NCBI GenBank assembly: GCA_902623305.1
Contig: CACNTB010000002.1
Location: 42,656-106,655, forward strand
Direction: 5' to 3'
DNA: 64,000 nt
Source of the DNA: an uncultured Pelagibacteraceae bacterium
GTDB taxonomy: Bacteria > Pseudomonadota > Alphaproteobacteria > Pelagibacterales > Pelagibacteraceae
The stretch's first letter is position 1. Each line of letters begins with the position of its first letter. The notes under the pieces were generated by a model that worked only from the letters and a program-made list of their open reading frames with translations, had not been told where the DNA came from and ran no database searches. The position numbers were made by a program, and so were the translations under genes. Positions 48,239-57,424 of this stretch are shown here, one piece after another.

Positions 48239-49525
48239 TTAGTTTGAAAATCCGTATTTTCTCAATCTTACATCACCAGTTCTTGCATGTGCTTCCATTC
48301 CTTCGTATCTAGAGATTCTTGCACAAGCTGCACCAACTTCTTTAGTAGCTGCTTTACTCATTCTTTGGAAACTTAATGTTTTAATAAATTTACCAACAAA
48401 CAAACCTCCCGTATATCTACCAGCACCCTTTGTTGGTAGAATATGATTTGTTCCTGAACATTTGTCTCCGTATGCAACTGTTGTTTCTTCACCAATAAAT
48501 AAAGAGCCATAATTTTTTAATCTGTCGTGGTACCATTGTAAATTTTTTGTTTGAACCTCTAAATGTTCTGGAGCGTATTCATCACTAACTTTAGCGATCT
48601 CTTCATCAGTATCACAAAGAATAACTTCACCATAATCTCTCCAAGCAGCACCTGAATTTTCCCTTGGAAGATCTGGTAAATCTGCAATTAATTCTGGAAC
48701 TCTTTGTATTACATACTCTGCAACTTTTTTGCTTTTAGTAAATAGCCAAGCTGGTGAATTGTAACCGTGTTCTGCTTGCCCAACCAAATCATAAGCAACC
48801 ATTTCTGGATCTGCTGTCTCGTCTGCAATGACTGCAATTTCTGTTGGACCAGCAAATAAATCTATACCAACTTTTCCAAATAAAATTCTTTTTGCTTCTG
48901 CAACAAATTGGTTTCCAGGCCCAACTAAAATATCTGCAGGTGCATTTCCAAACAAACCATTAGTCATTGCTGCAATTGCTTGTACACCACCTAAATTCAT
49001 TATTACATCAGCACCACATAAGTCAGCCGTATAAACAATTGATGGATGTACTCCAACACCAGGTTTAGGTGAACTACAAACTAAAATATTTTTTACACCA
49101 GCAACTTTTGCTGTTGTCACGCTCATTACAGCTGAAGCTATATGAGCATATCTCCCTGCTGGTACGTAACAACCTGCTGTATTTACTGGAATAAGTTTTT
49201 GTCCAGCAAATAAACCATCAGATAATTCAACTTCAAAGTCTTGGCCATAATTTTTTAATTGTGCTTCAGCAAATTTTCTAACTCTTTCATGTGAAAACTG
49301 AATATCATCTTTAGTTTTTTGATCTAAATTTTTTTTTATTTCTTCAATTTTTTCTTTTGAAACAATTACATCACCTTCATATTTATCAAATTTTTTTGAA
49401 AGCTCCTTACAACCTTCTTCTTTACTAGTTTCAATATCTTTTAGAATATTTTCTACTATTTCCCTTGTTTTCGTATCATCAGTTGATGACGTTTTTGGTG
49501 ATTTTTTTAAGTATGTAATTGCCAT
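48239..49525 (-). CDS. hpsN: Sulfopropanediol (DHPS) 3-dehydrogenase, histidinol dehydrogenase family
   Basis: MAITYLKK start, GCYVPAGRYAHIASA.M..TTAKVAG, QAEHGYNSP, AWRDYGEV, YGDK..GTNH; resembles HpsN rather than HisD; sulfonate context. Confidence 0.82.
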   Translation of the reverse strand: MAITYLKKSPKTSSTDDTKTREIVENILKDIETSKEEGCKELSKKFDKYEGDVIVSKEKIEEIKKNLDQKTKDDIQFSHERVRKFAEAQLKNYGQDFEVELSDGLFAGQKLIPVNTAGCYVPAGRYAHIASAVMSVTTAKVAGVKNILVCSSPKPGVGVHPSIVYTADLCGADVIMNLGGVQAIAAMTNGLFGNAPADILVGPGNQFVAEAKRILFGKVGIDLFAGPTEIAVIADETADPEMVAYDLVGQAEHGYNSPAWLFTKSKKVAEYVIQRVPELIADLPDLPRENSGAAWRDYGEVILCDTDEEIAKVSDEYAPEHLEVQTKNLQWYHDRLKNYGSLFIGEETTVAYGDKCSGTNHILPTKGAGRYTGGLFVGKFIKTLSFQRMSKAATKEVGAACARISRYEGMEAHARTGDVRLRKYGFSN

Positions 49526-49585
49526 TTCTCTCCTTTAAAATTTTAATTTATTTAAATGAATTTCTTTTGAAATTCAACGTATCAT

Positions 49586-50497
49586 TTAGTCTAAAGCGAC
49601 AACTGCTGCAGCAATAGAAGCTAATCGTGCCTGAGCTTCATCAGATCTACTTGTTATAACGACTGGCACTTTTCCACCGACCACAACTCCTGCGGCACAT
49701 GCTCCACTAAAATAGATAAGCATTTTTACCAAAGCATTTCCAGTTTCAACACTTGGCACTAATAATACATCTGCCTCACCTGCAACTAAATTTTTAATCC
49801 CTTTAATTGCAGCCGATTTTTTTGAAATACTATTATCAAATGCTAAAGGACCAAAAACGTCAGCACTTAAATTTTCTTCTTTAGCTAATTTGGTTATTTC
49901 TGCAGCCTCAATGGAGCTAGGTACACTTTCTAACACCTCTTCTGTAGCAGATAATACAGATACTTTTGGTCTTTCTATTCCTATTCTATTTGAAAAATTA
50001 ACCACATTCTTAAGAATATGCATTTTCGTTTTAATATTTGGTAATACATTTAATGCTCCATCAGTAATAATTAATGGCTTATCATCTTTACCTATAGTCA
50101 TATGCCAGATATGACTTAATCTTTTTTTTCCCAACAAATTATATTCGCGTTTAAGCACTTCTTTCATCAAAACATCTGTATGAATATGGCCTTTAACTAT
50201 TATTTGCACTTTACCTTCACTTGCCAATTTAGCAGCAATTTTAGCTGTATCATTTTCCACAGGTTCATGAATAAGTTCATATTTAGAAATATCCCATTTT
50301 ATATCTTCAGCACATTTTTGAATTTCTACTTCATGACCTATAAATATTGGCTCAATTAAATTTTCATTAACCGCATCTTGCACTGACAACATAGGCAAAG
50401 GTTTTCCAGCGTTTACAACTGCAACTTTAACTCCTTTTTTTTTATGAGCTAAATCTAATAAGTTGTTTGGACAGACAATTTCTTTGTTTGAAAGCAT
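49586..50497 (-). CDS. pta: Phosphate acetyl/butyryltransferase
   Basis: VKGHIHTD, ITDGALNVLP, GPLAFDNSIS, ETGNAL.K, PVVITSRSD. Confidence 0.8.
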   Translation of the reverse strand: MLSNKEIVCPNNLLDLAHKKKGVKVAVVNAGKPLPMLSVQDAVNENLIEPIFIGHEVEIQKCAEDIKWDISKYELIHEPVENDTAKIAAKLASEGKVQIIVKGHIHTDVLMKEVLKREYNLLGKKRLSHIWHMTIGKDDKPLIITDGALNVLPNIKTKMHILKNVVNFSNRIGIERPKVSVLSATEEVLESVPSSIEAAEITKLAKEENLSADVFGPLAFDNSISKKSAAIKGIKNLVAGEADVLLVPSVETGNALVKMLIYFSGACAAGVVVGGKVPVVITSRSDEAQARLASIAAAVVALD

Positions 50498-50595
50498 TTT
50501 TTCTACAAATAAGTGAAAAAACTGAACATGTATATAAAAAAAAATTCTTTATATAAATTTAACAAGTTTATATAGTTGGGTTTGAGGGGGAGACT

Positions 50596-51447
50596 TTGGA
50601 AATTGTAACTAAGATAGCGCCAATTATTTTGGCTTTGATAATGTTAGGCTTAGGTCTAGGATTAAAACTAGAAGATTTTGGCAGAGTATTAAAAACACCA
50701 AAAGATTTTATTGTTGGTTTTATTTCTCAATTAATAATTCTTCCAATTGTAGCATACATATTAATTTTAATTTTTAGAGCACCACCAGAAATAGCAATAG
50801 GGGTTATGATCATAGCTGCAGCTCCAGGTGGAGTTACATCTAATATTATGACAAAATTTGCTGATGGAGATGTTGCATTATCAATATCTTTAACAGCAGT
50901 AATTAGTTTATTAAGCATAATTACAGTTCCGTTGATAATTTTCACATCTGCAGATTTCCTTGGAATAACAGAAATTTCACAAAATATTTCAATGACAGGA
51001 ATAGCGCTAAAAATGTTTTTTGTTGTAACGGTACCTGTAATTTTAGGAATGATTATTAGAAAATTGGCTGAAAATTTTATCGCTTCTAAAGTTGGAATAT
51101 TTAACAAACTTAACATTGTGTTATTTGTAATTTTCTTCTTCGCAGCGTTTTACGAAGAAAAAGAAAATATAATTAGCTTTATAATGCAAGCTGGTTTAAT
51201 TACTTTAATATTAAATGTATCGATGATGGTTATTGCTTACTACATCGCGAAAGCTTTTACTTCAGGAATTAAACAAATGAGGTGTATTGCCTTAGAATGT
51301 GGATTACAAAACGGTACTTTAGCTATATTCGTTTCTACACAAATTTTTGGAACTGATATATTATACGCAATACCAACTGCCGCTTATGCTCTAATCATGT
51401 ATATAACTGGTTTTATTTTTATTTTTATTTTAAGAAAATCTAATTAA
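50596..51447 (+). CDS. Bile acid:sodium symporter (BASS) family transporter
   Basis: IMLGLGLGL, APGGVTSN, GDVALSISLT, ECGLQNG; TTG start with SD GAGGGGG. Confidence 0.88.
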   Translation: MEIVTKIAPIILALIMLGLGLGLKLEDFGRVLKTPKDFIVGFISQLIILPIVAYILILIFRAPPEIAIGVMIIAAAPGGVTSNIMTKFADGDVALSISLTAVISLLSIITVPLIIFTSADFLGITEISQNISMTGIALKMFFVVTVPVILGMIIRKLAENFIASKVGIFNKLNIVLFVIFFFAAFYEEKENIISFIMQAGLITLILNVSMMVIAYYIAKAFTSGIKQMRCIALECGLQNGTLAIFVSTQIFGTDILYAIPTAAYALIMYITGFIFIFILRKSN

Positions 51448-52403
51448 GTATTGATTATTCTTATTTGATTAAAGATTTTATAGATAAAATTACTTAAGCT
51501 AATCATATTTTTATTAACCATTCCCTTAGTTGTTATAAAAGCACTATCTTTAGCATTAAATGTAATTAATTTTTTTTCATTTATATGAAGATATTTTTTA
51601 TTAATTAAATATTTAAGTTTTCTAACAACTGTAGGTCTTGGAATACCTGTTATCTCAGAAATTGACATAGCATTTACACCTCTTGCATCAGAGCCCATAA
51701 GTGCTTTATGATATGAACGAATATTTTCTTTTGGAAAAAATTCTTTATTCTTGACTGCATTAATTATTACCACCATTCCAATAGCTAAAAATTCTAAATC
51801 TTTAAGCTCAGCTCTCCATCTATCTAAATAAATAAACCAGAATTTATTAAATTGATACCAACAGTAAGAGAAATTTTCTTTCATTGAAGAAATTATTTCA
51901 TTAACTGAATAAATTTCAGTCGCTAATTTTTCTTTTTTTAAAATTTTATTAAACTCATGCAATATAGTTGCAATTTCTGTCAACGTGTTAGTTGCTTTAG
52001 TGTGGAACAGCGTATCTCTGACAATAAATATTTTCTTACCAATTCTTTTAATTGTTCCTTCATTCTCAAGTTCTAAAACCTTTCTTCTGATACTCTCTTT
52101 TGGTACCCTTAGATCTTTTGAAATGTCTGAGATATTAATTTTTTTAATCTCGATTGATTTATCCTTGTAAAATGTATCATAGTCAATTTTTACGCCATTT
52201 TGCCTGAAATATATAAGATCTTGATGTATCAAATATATAATGATTACGAACTTATCTATGTCTTTGTAATGACTGTAGGCTCTGACAAACCAGTTACTCG
52301 TTAAAGTAAAGAAAGAGGGTGCTAGTGTGGCAAAATTATCTTGGATTACCTTATTGATTATCTTCTCATCAATATGTGCGGATATACTCGGTAAAGTGTT
52401 CAT
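51444..52403 (-). CDS. Internally duplicated winged-HTH DNA-binding protein
   Basis: Two HTH-like segments: INISDISKDLRVPKESIRRKVLELE and VNAMSISEITGIPRPTVVRKLKYLI. Confidence 0.75.
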   Translation of the reverse strand: MNTLPSISAHIDEKIINKVIQDNFATLAPSFFTLTSNWFVRAYSHYKDIDKFVIIIYLIHQDLIYFRQNGVKIDYDTFYKDKSIEIKKINISDISKDLRVPKESIRRKVLELENEGTIKRIGKKIFIVRDTLFHTKATNTLTEIATILHEFNKILKKEKLATEIYSVNEIISSMKENFSYCWYQFNKFWFIYLDRWRAELKDLEFLAIGMVVIINAVKNKEFFPKENIRSYHKALMGSDARGVNAMSISEITGIPRPTVVRKLKYLINKKYLHINEKKLITFNAKDSAFITTKGMVNKNMISLSNFIYKIFNQIRIINT

Positions 52404-52416
52404 AATTTTATTAAAA

Positions 52417-52478
52417 AACCCAATATGAACAAGAGTGAAATTAGAGTCAACCCATTATGGACAACCCTAATATGTAAA
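52417..52478. repeat. Three imperfect direct repeats, candidate operator
   Basis: AACCCAATATGAACAA (52417), AACCCATTATGGACAA (52449), AACCCTAATATG (52463). Confidence 0.6.
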
Positions 52479-52521
52479 ATATGAATTATTAATGATTAAA
52501 ATAGACATTATAAAAATAAAT

Positions 52522-52719
52522 ATGAGTACAGAAAGCTTACATAGAACATCCGAAATTGTAGAGACCCCCTCTCAATATGTTGAAACTCCAAAAAGGGTTA
52601 ACGTGGATGTTCTAAAGCAAAGACTTCTAGAAGAAAAGAAGAAGGAAAAAGTTAAACGAACAATAATTTTATCATCTGTTATCGTTTCTTTGGGTGCTCT
52701 AACAATGTTAACTTATTAA
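52522..52719 (+). CDS. Small protein with C-terminal membrane anchor
   Basis: RVNVDVLKQRLLEEKKKEK helix then a hydrophobic tail; start 52522 preferred over 52492. Confidence 0.65.
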   Translation: MSTESLHRTSEIVETPSQYVETPKRVNVDVLKQRLLEEKKKEKVKRTIILSSVIVSLGALTMLTY

Positions 52720-53712
52720 GTTTTCCAAATCTTTCTTTATTATATCCGGTATAGAAATTTCTTTTTTTGAGTTATTTTTATACCGGTTAAATTTGTTTTG
52801 TCCTGGATACATTATTTCTTTAACACCTTTTATCTTAGGAAGTTTTTTTATGGCTTTAATATTATCTTTAATTCGTTGTTTATAATTTTTTTGAAATAAA
52901 TTTGCTTTAAAAGTTATAAATAAATGTCCTATATTTTGTGGACCTGAAAAATCATCAAATGGATCTTTAACTTTTCCTGCGTGATTTCCTCCTGTTAAAA
53001 CTCCACTTAAAATATCCACCATCCATGCTAATCCTGAACCTCTAAAACCTGCAATTGGCAATTGAACACCCGCTAAAGCTTTTTTTGCATCTGTAGTTGG
53101 TTTACCAAACTTATCTAAAGCAACTCCCGCAGGAATTGATTGATTGTTTCTCGCAGCAACTCTAATTTTTCCTCTATTAATCATTGAGATTGATGTATCT
53201 AAAATAAATGGGATTTTAGAACCAGTAGGGGATCCAAAGCAAATTGGATTTGTTCCAAATAAAGTTTTTAATGCACCATGTGGTGCAACTGCAGGTGGAG
53301 CATTTGTGTAGATCATTGTAATTAAATTTTTCTTTACTGCTTGTTCTGCGTAATAACCTGATAAACCATAGTGACCACTTTTTTTAACTGCCACCATTCC
53401 TATTCCAGTTTTCTGTGCATGCTTTATTGCAATTTTAATTCCCAAATCAGCAGCAACAAAACCAATACTATTATTTGCATCAATATGAGAAATAGAGGAG
53501 GAAATTTTTTTAATTTTTATTTTTGGTTTTGGATTAATTACTTTTTTTGAAATTCGATCACAGTACATCTTAAGTCTTGATAGACCATGTCCATACGCAC
53601 CAACTAATTCTGCATTTATTAATGCATCTGCTGATATTACCGCATGTTCTTTAGAAAGACCATGATGGGTAAATATTTTGATAATTAACTTTTTTAATTG
53701 CTGATGCTTCAT
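52708..53712 (-). CDS. Ldh_2 (malate/L-lactate/sulfolactate dehydrogenase, ComC-like) family oxidoreductase
   Basis: GHGLSRL, SGHYG..GYY, FGTNPICFG.P, LD..GKPTTD, GSGLA.MVDILSG; start reassigned to ATG 53712. Confidence 0.85.
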   Translation of the reverse strand: MKHQQLKKLIIKIFTHHGLSKEHAVISADALINAELVGAYGHGLSRLKMYCDRISKKVINPKPKIKIKKISSSISHIDANNSIGFVAADLGIKIAIKHAQKTGIGMVAVKKSGHYGLSGYYAEQAVKKNLITMIYTNAPPAVAPHGALKTLFGTNPICFGSPTGSKIPFILDTSISMINRGKIRVAARNNQSIPAGVALDKFGKPTTDAKKALAGVQLPIAGFRGSGLAWMVDILSGVLTGGNHAGKVKDPFDDFSGPQNIGHLFITFKANLFQKNYKQRIKDNIKAIKKLPKIKGVKEIMYPGQNKFNRYKNNSKKEISIPDIIKKDLENLIS

Positions 53713-53744
53713 TAGTTTAATTATGATATTAATACTTAAGTTAT

Positions 53745-54620
53745 ATGAAAATAATTGACACAACAACTTTTTTTGAAGAACATCTCATGATGGAATTGAG
53801 GTTTAACATACTTGATCCATTTATAGATAAATTTATTGTTTCTGAGGCAAGATTTTCACACAGCGGAAAAGAAAAAGAAATAAAGTTTAACAAAAAAGAT
53901 TTTCCTAAATTTGAAAGCAAAATAGTTCATTTAATAGTAAACAAAGAACCAGTTGATATTATTAAAAGACCAAATTTGACAACTATAGAATTAAGACAAA
54001 ATAGTATTTTAAGAATTAAAGAGCAAAGAAATTATATAGCAAAATCATTAAATGAATATTCTCCTGATGATTATATTATTCACAGCGATAATGATGAAAT
54101 TCCAAATTTAGAGCATTTTAATTTTAAAGAAAATAAAAGAAAAATAGTAATTTTTAATCAACAGTTATTTTATTATAAGTTTAATTTATGTTTGCCAAGT
54201 GTACCTTGGTTTGGGTCTAAAGCATGTAAATTCAAAGATTTAAAAACAATAGATTTGCTTAGGGCAACAAAAAATAGAAAGTACCCATTTTACAGATTAG
54301 ATACTTTTTTTTCAGATGTTAAGCATCAAAATGTGAATATAGTAGAAAATGGTGGATGGCATTTTTCAAATTTAAAAACTATAGAGGAGCTTGAAAGAAA
54401 GTTTTTAAATGACGAAAATCATTCAGAATATGAGGAAAAAGGACATTCTATTAAAAGAATTAAAGAAAATGTCCAAAATAGATCTATAGATTATGATCAT
54501 AACGCTAAAAAAGATTCTGAAGAGAGGTTTAATTCTACTAGCTTACAGGTTATAGATAAAAAGTTTCTTCCTTATTATATTCAAAACAATTATAAAAAAT
54601 TTGAAACTTGGTTTGATTAA
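53745..54620 (+). CDS. Glycosyltransferase family 17-like protein
   Basis: KIIDTTTFFEE..MELRFNIL..FIVSEA..SHSG..K, QRNYI, SDNDEIP, YYKFN, GGWHFS. Confidence 0.7.
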   Translation: MKIIDTTTFFEEHLMMELRFNILDPFIDKFIVSEARFSHSGKEKEIKFNKKDFPKFESKIVHLIVNKEPVDIIKRPNLTTIELRQNSILRIKEQRNYIAKSLNEYSPDDYIIHSDNDEIPNLEHFNFKENKRKIVIFNQQLFYYKFNLCLPSVPWFGSKACKFKDLKTIDLLRATKNRKYPFYRLDTFFSDVKHQNVNIVENGGWHFSNLKTIEELERKFLNDENHSEYEEKGHSIKRIKENVQNRSIDYDHNAKKDSEERFNSTSLQVIDKKFLPYYIQNNYKKFETWFD

Positions 54621-56542
54621 CCTTTTCCACGCCAAGGGATTGTTTTATCGATAATTTTTCTTAACGTAATATCAAATAAAAGACCTAATAGACCCATAAT
54701 AATTATCGTTATCCAAATAACCTCCCACTGGAAGTATTTTTTCGCAACGTTTTCAACAAAACCAATACCTGTTGTACCTGCTAAAAACTCTGCAGCAACA
54801 AGTGTTCCCCAACACATACCAACTGCTACTCTAATTCCTGTAAGAATTTCAGGAAGTGAATTTGGGAAAATTACATGTCTTAAAATTTGTTTTTTTGTTG
54901 CCCCTAAAGAGTGAGCTGCATGTATTTTTGAGAGTTGTGTTCCTGATGCACCAGCTCTTGCAGAAATAATCATAATAGATAAAGAAACCATAAATAATAG
55001 AAATACTTTTCCAGAGTTATCAATTCCAAGTACAGAAATAATTAAAGGTGCCCATGCAAGAGGAGGGACTGGTCTATAAAGTTCAATTAACGGATCAAAG
55101 AAACCTTTGGCAAATCTGTTTAAACCCATAAATAATCCCAATGGAACACCAATAATAATTCCAAACACTAATCCTAAAAACACTCTCATAAAAGAGTCCC
55201 AGATATGTCCGAATGGAACCGGAACCTTCAGTAATTTAAAGTCACCTGTTGCAACTTTTAAAACATTACTTTTAAAGTTTTCTTTTACAATTCCATCTTT
55301 TGTATGAACTGGATATTCACCAGGCAATATATCAGCTATCCAATCTGGTAAAATGAAGCCTATCATTTTACTGACATCAACCATTTCAATCCATAAAAGA
55401 GGAACATTTTTGTATCCAACACTTGGTTTTGATAGTTCCACAAATTTATTAAATGTATCAGATGGTTTAGGCAGCCATCTACCTGAACCTTGTTCAGAAC
55501 AAGTTGCTCCACTTGCTACAATTGTTCCTGAAGGAAACAAAAGGATATCAATTAATCTTAATCCACCTTGTTCTTTGTTTTGCAATTCATCAAACTCTAA
55601 AATAGCTTCTTGCATTTCATTTAAAGCATTAGGAGGATAAATACTTGCAAATTCTATTCTTCTTGCAATTTTAACGATATTTTTTGCATAGTCAGATGCT
55701 ATCTCACCACTATCATCTAAACTTTTTCTATAAGCTTTAATATCATCTTTTAATTGTTTTATTGCACTTTTGAATAATGGATTGTGATTTCTTAATTTAA
55801 AAAACTTGTCATTTATAAAACTTAGTTCTTTTGCCGCTGCATGAAATTTTAACCCTTTTTTAGTCTGAGGAGCAGTTGGTATCTCAATAGTGTTTTCTAT
55901 TGATCCACTTCCAGAATCTATCGTGACAATTCCCCAACCACCTTGTTCATCAATAAGTTTTTGTCTTTCAATTTTTTGAGCTTCTGTTTCGAAAGGATAA
56001 TTTTTCTTTTGAAAATTAATACTGAGCTGTTTTATTTGCTCAGTCATTTCTTGAATTTTTATTTTGGTATCTATTTCTATTAACTCCTCGCTAGTTAAGA
56101 AAGGAATTAATGTAGAGGTTCTATCTATGTAACTTACAAGGATTGTTTTTTGTTGATCATTTAGATCTATAGATCCTTTTATTTCATTTGCAATCTTTAT
56201 AAGATTTTTATTTTCAGTTTTTATAATAGATGTACTTTTGAACTCTCTCTCTTCAATAGGAAATTGATATTTTAAACCTAATAATGATTCATTTATTTTA
56301 GCAACTTGACACAGTTCGTTTGCAGATTTTGGATAAAAACCTCTTGCTATATCCCATGAATAATAAAGCCACAGCATTAATATTACACTACTGCCAACAA
56401 TTACCCAGTGCGTTCCACCTTTAGATCTTTCAGGATTACCAAATACAGCATCAACTTTTTCAGTTTTAATTAATCTTCTTCCATAAAGAATGCATCCAAT
56501 AATAGATACTATAATTAGTATTGTTACAAATTGGGTTAACAT
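54617..56542 (-). CDS. tauC: Taurine ABC permease with large N-terminal extension
   Basis: C-terminal about 200 aa TauC/SsuC core (RPVPPLAWAPL, AAHSLGA, WGTLVAAE); about 440-aa N-terminal extension. Confidence 0.82.
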   Translation of the reverse strand: MLTQFVTILIIVSIIGCILYGRRLIKTEKVDAVFGNPERSKGGTHWVIVGSSVILMLWLYYSWDIARGFYPKSANELCQVAKINESLLGLKYQFPIEEREFKSTSIIKTENKNLIKIANEIKGSIDLNDQQKTILVSYIDRTSTLIPFLTSEELIEIDTKIKIQEMTEQIKQLSINFQKKNYPFETEAQKIERQKLIDEQGGWGIVTIDSGSGSIENTIEIPTAPQTKKGLKFHAAAKELSFINDKFFKLRNHNPLFKSAIKQLKDDIKAYRKSLDDSGEIASDYAKNIVKIARRIEFASIYPPNALNEMQEAILEFDELQNKEQGGLRLIDILLFPSGTIVASGATCSEQGSGRWLPKPSDTFNKFVELSKPSVGYKNVPLLWIEMVDVSKMIGFILPDWIADILPGEYPVHTKDGIVKENFKSNVLKVATGDFKLLKVPVPFGHIWDSFMRVFLGLVFGIIIGVPLGLFMGLNRFAKGFFDPLIELYRPVPPLAWAPLIISVLGIDNSGKVFLLFMVSLSIMIISARAGASGTQLSKIHAAHSLGATKKQILRHVIFPNSLPEILTGIRVAVGMCWGTLVAAEFLAGTTGIGFVENVAKKYFQWEVIWITIIIMGLLGLLFDITLRKIIDKTIPWRGKG

Positions 56543-57339
56543 TAATTTTCTTTCCCCATTATTTCTTCTTCCATGTTCCAGATCATGGATAAAATTTCTT
56601 CTCTAGTAGATGAAAATTCTTTATTTTTTTTAATTTCTCTTAAATCTTGTGTAAGACCCATTTCTGCAAAAGGAAGATTATATTCTTTATGTATTCTTCC
56701 TGGTCTTGGTGCCATTACATATAATCTTTCACCAAGTAAGAGAGCTTCCTCCACCGAGTGAGTAATTAAAATAATAGTTTTTCCAGTTTCTTTCCAAATT
56801 TTTAAAACTAAAGACTGCATTTTTTCTCTAGTTAATGCATCTAAAGCCCCTAATGGCTCATCCATTAAAATTAAGTCAGGATCATTGATTAGACATCTTG
56901 CTAGAGCAACTCGTTGCTGCATACCACCTGATAACTGATAAGTAGGAGTGTTACCAAATCCTTTTAAACCAACTATATCTAACCATTCTTCAACTCTATT
57001 AGCTGTAACTTCAGGATCTTCTTTTTTCATCCTAAGCCCGAAATTTACATTTTCAGCTACTGTTAACCATTCAAACAAAGCACCTTGTTGAAATACCATT
57101 CCTCTTTCAACTCCAGGTCCATCAATTTCATTATTATTTAATGTAATTTTTCCTGAAGTAGGTCTTAAAAATCCAGCAGTAATGTTTAGTAAAGTTGTTT
57201 TTCCGCAACCAGAAGGACCAAGAACAGTAAGTAACTCTCCTTTTTTTAAAGTAAAACTTACATCTTTTAATGCATGAACTGTTTCTCCTTTTGGAGTTTT
57301 AAAAATCATATTCAGATTTTGAGAAACTAGATCACTCAT
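56542..57339 (-). CDS. tauB: Taurine ABC ATP-binding protein
   Basis: GPSGCGKTT, GPGVERGMVFQ, LSGGMQQRV, DEPLGALDALTRE, THSVEEA. Confidence 0.88.
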   Translation of the reverse strand: MSDLVSQNLNMIFKTPKGETVHALKDVSFTLKKGELLTVLGPSGCGKTTLLNITAGFLRPTSGKITLNNNEIDGPGVERGMVFQQGALFEWLTVAENVNFGLRMKKEDPEVTANRVEEWLDIVGLKGFGNTPTYQLSGGMQQRVALARCLINDPDLILMDEPLGALDALTREKMQSLVLKIWKETGKTIILITHSVEEALLLGERLYVMAPRPGRIHKEYNLPFAEMGLTQDLREIKKNKEFSSTREEILSMIWNMEEEIMGKEN

Positions 57340-57363
57340 AAATTCTTTATATTAGAAATTTTA

Positions 57364-57402
57364 TAAAAAAATAGGCACTAATTATTAAATCAGTGCCTAT
57401 TT
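57364..57402 (-). terminator. Intrinsic terminator-like stem-loop between tauA and tauB
   Basis: AAATAGGCACT-N12-AGTGCCTATTT; on the minus strand the stem runs into a U tract. Confidence 0.65.
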
Positions 57403-57424
57403 AAAAAGTTTTAAACCTTTAAAA

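Noticed and set aside
48239-49525. hisD histidinol dehydrogenase
   Set aside because: Sequence features and sulfonate context fit the HpsN branch; no his operon adjacent.
52417-52478. Mini CRISPR array
   Set aside because: Repeats are about 16 nt, imperfect and irregularly spaced, and no cas genes are present.
6893-53766. Extended N-termini in the ORF track (6893, 9365, 17036, 24801, 33189, 40816, 43981, 53766)
   Set aside because: Most overlap neighbouring genes, and all add sequence ahead of the family N-terminal motif; downstream ATGs fit better.
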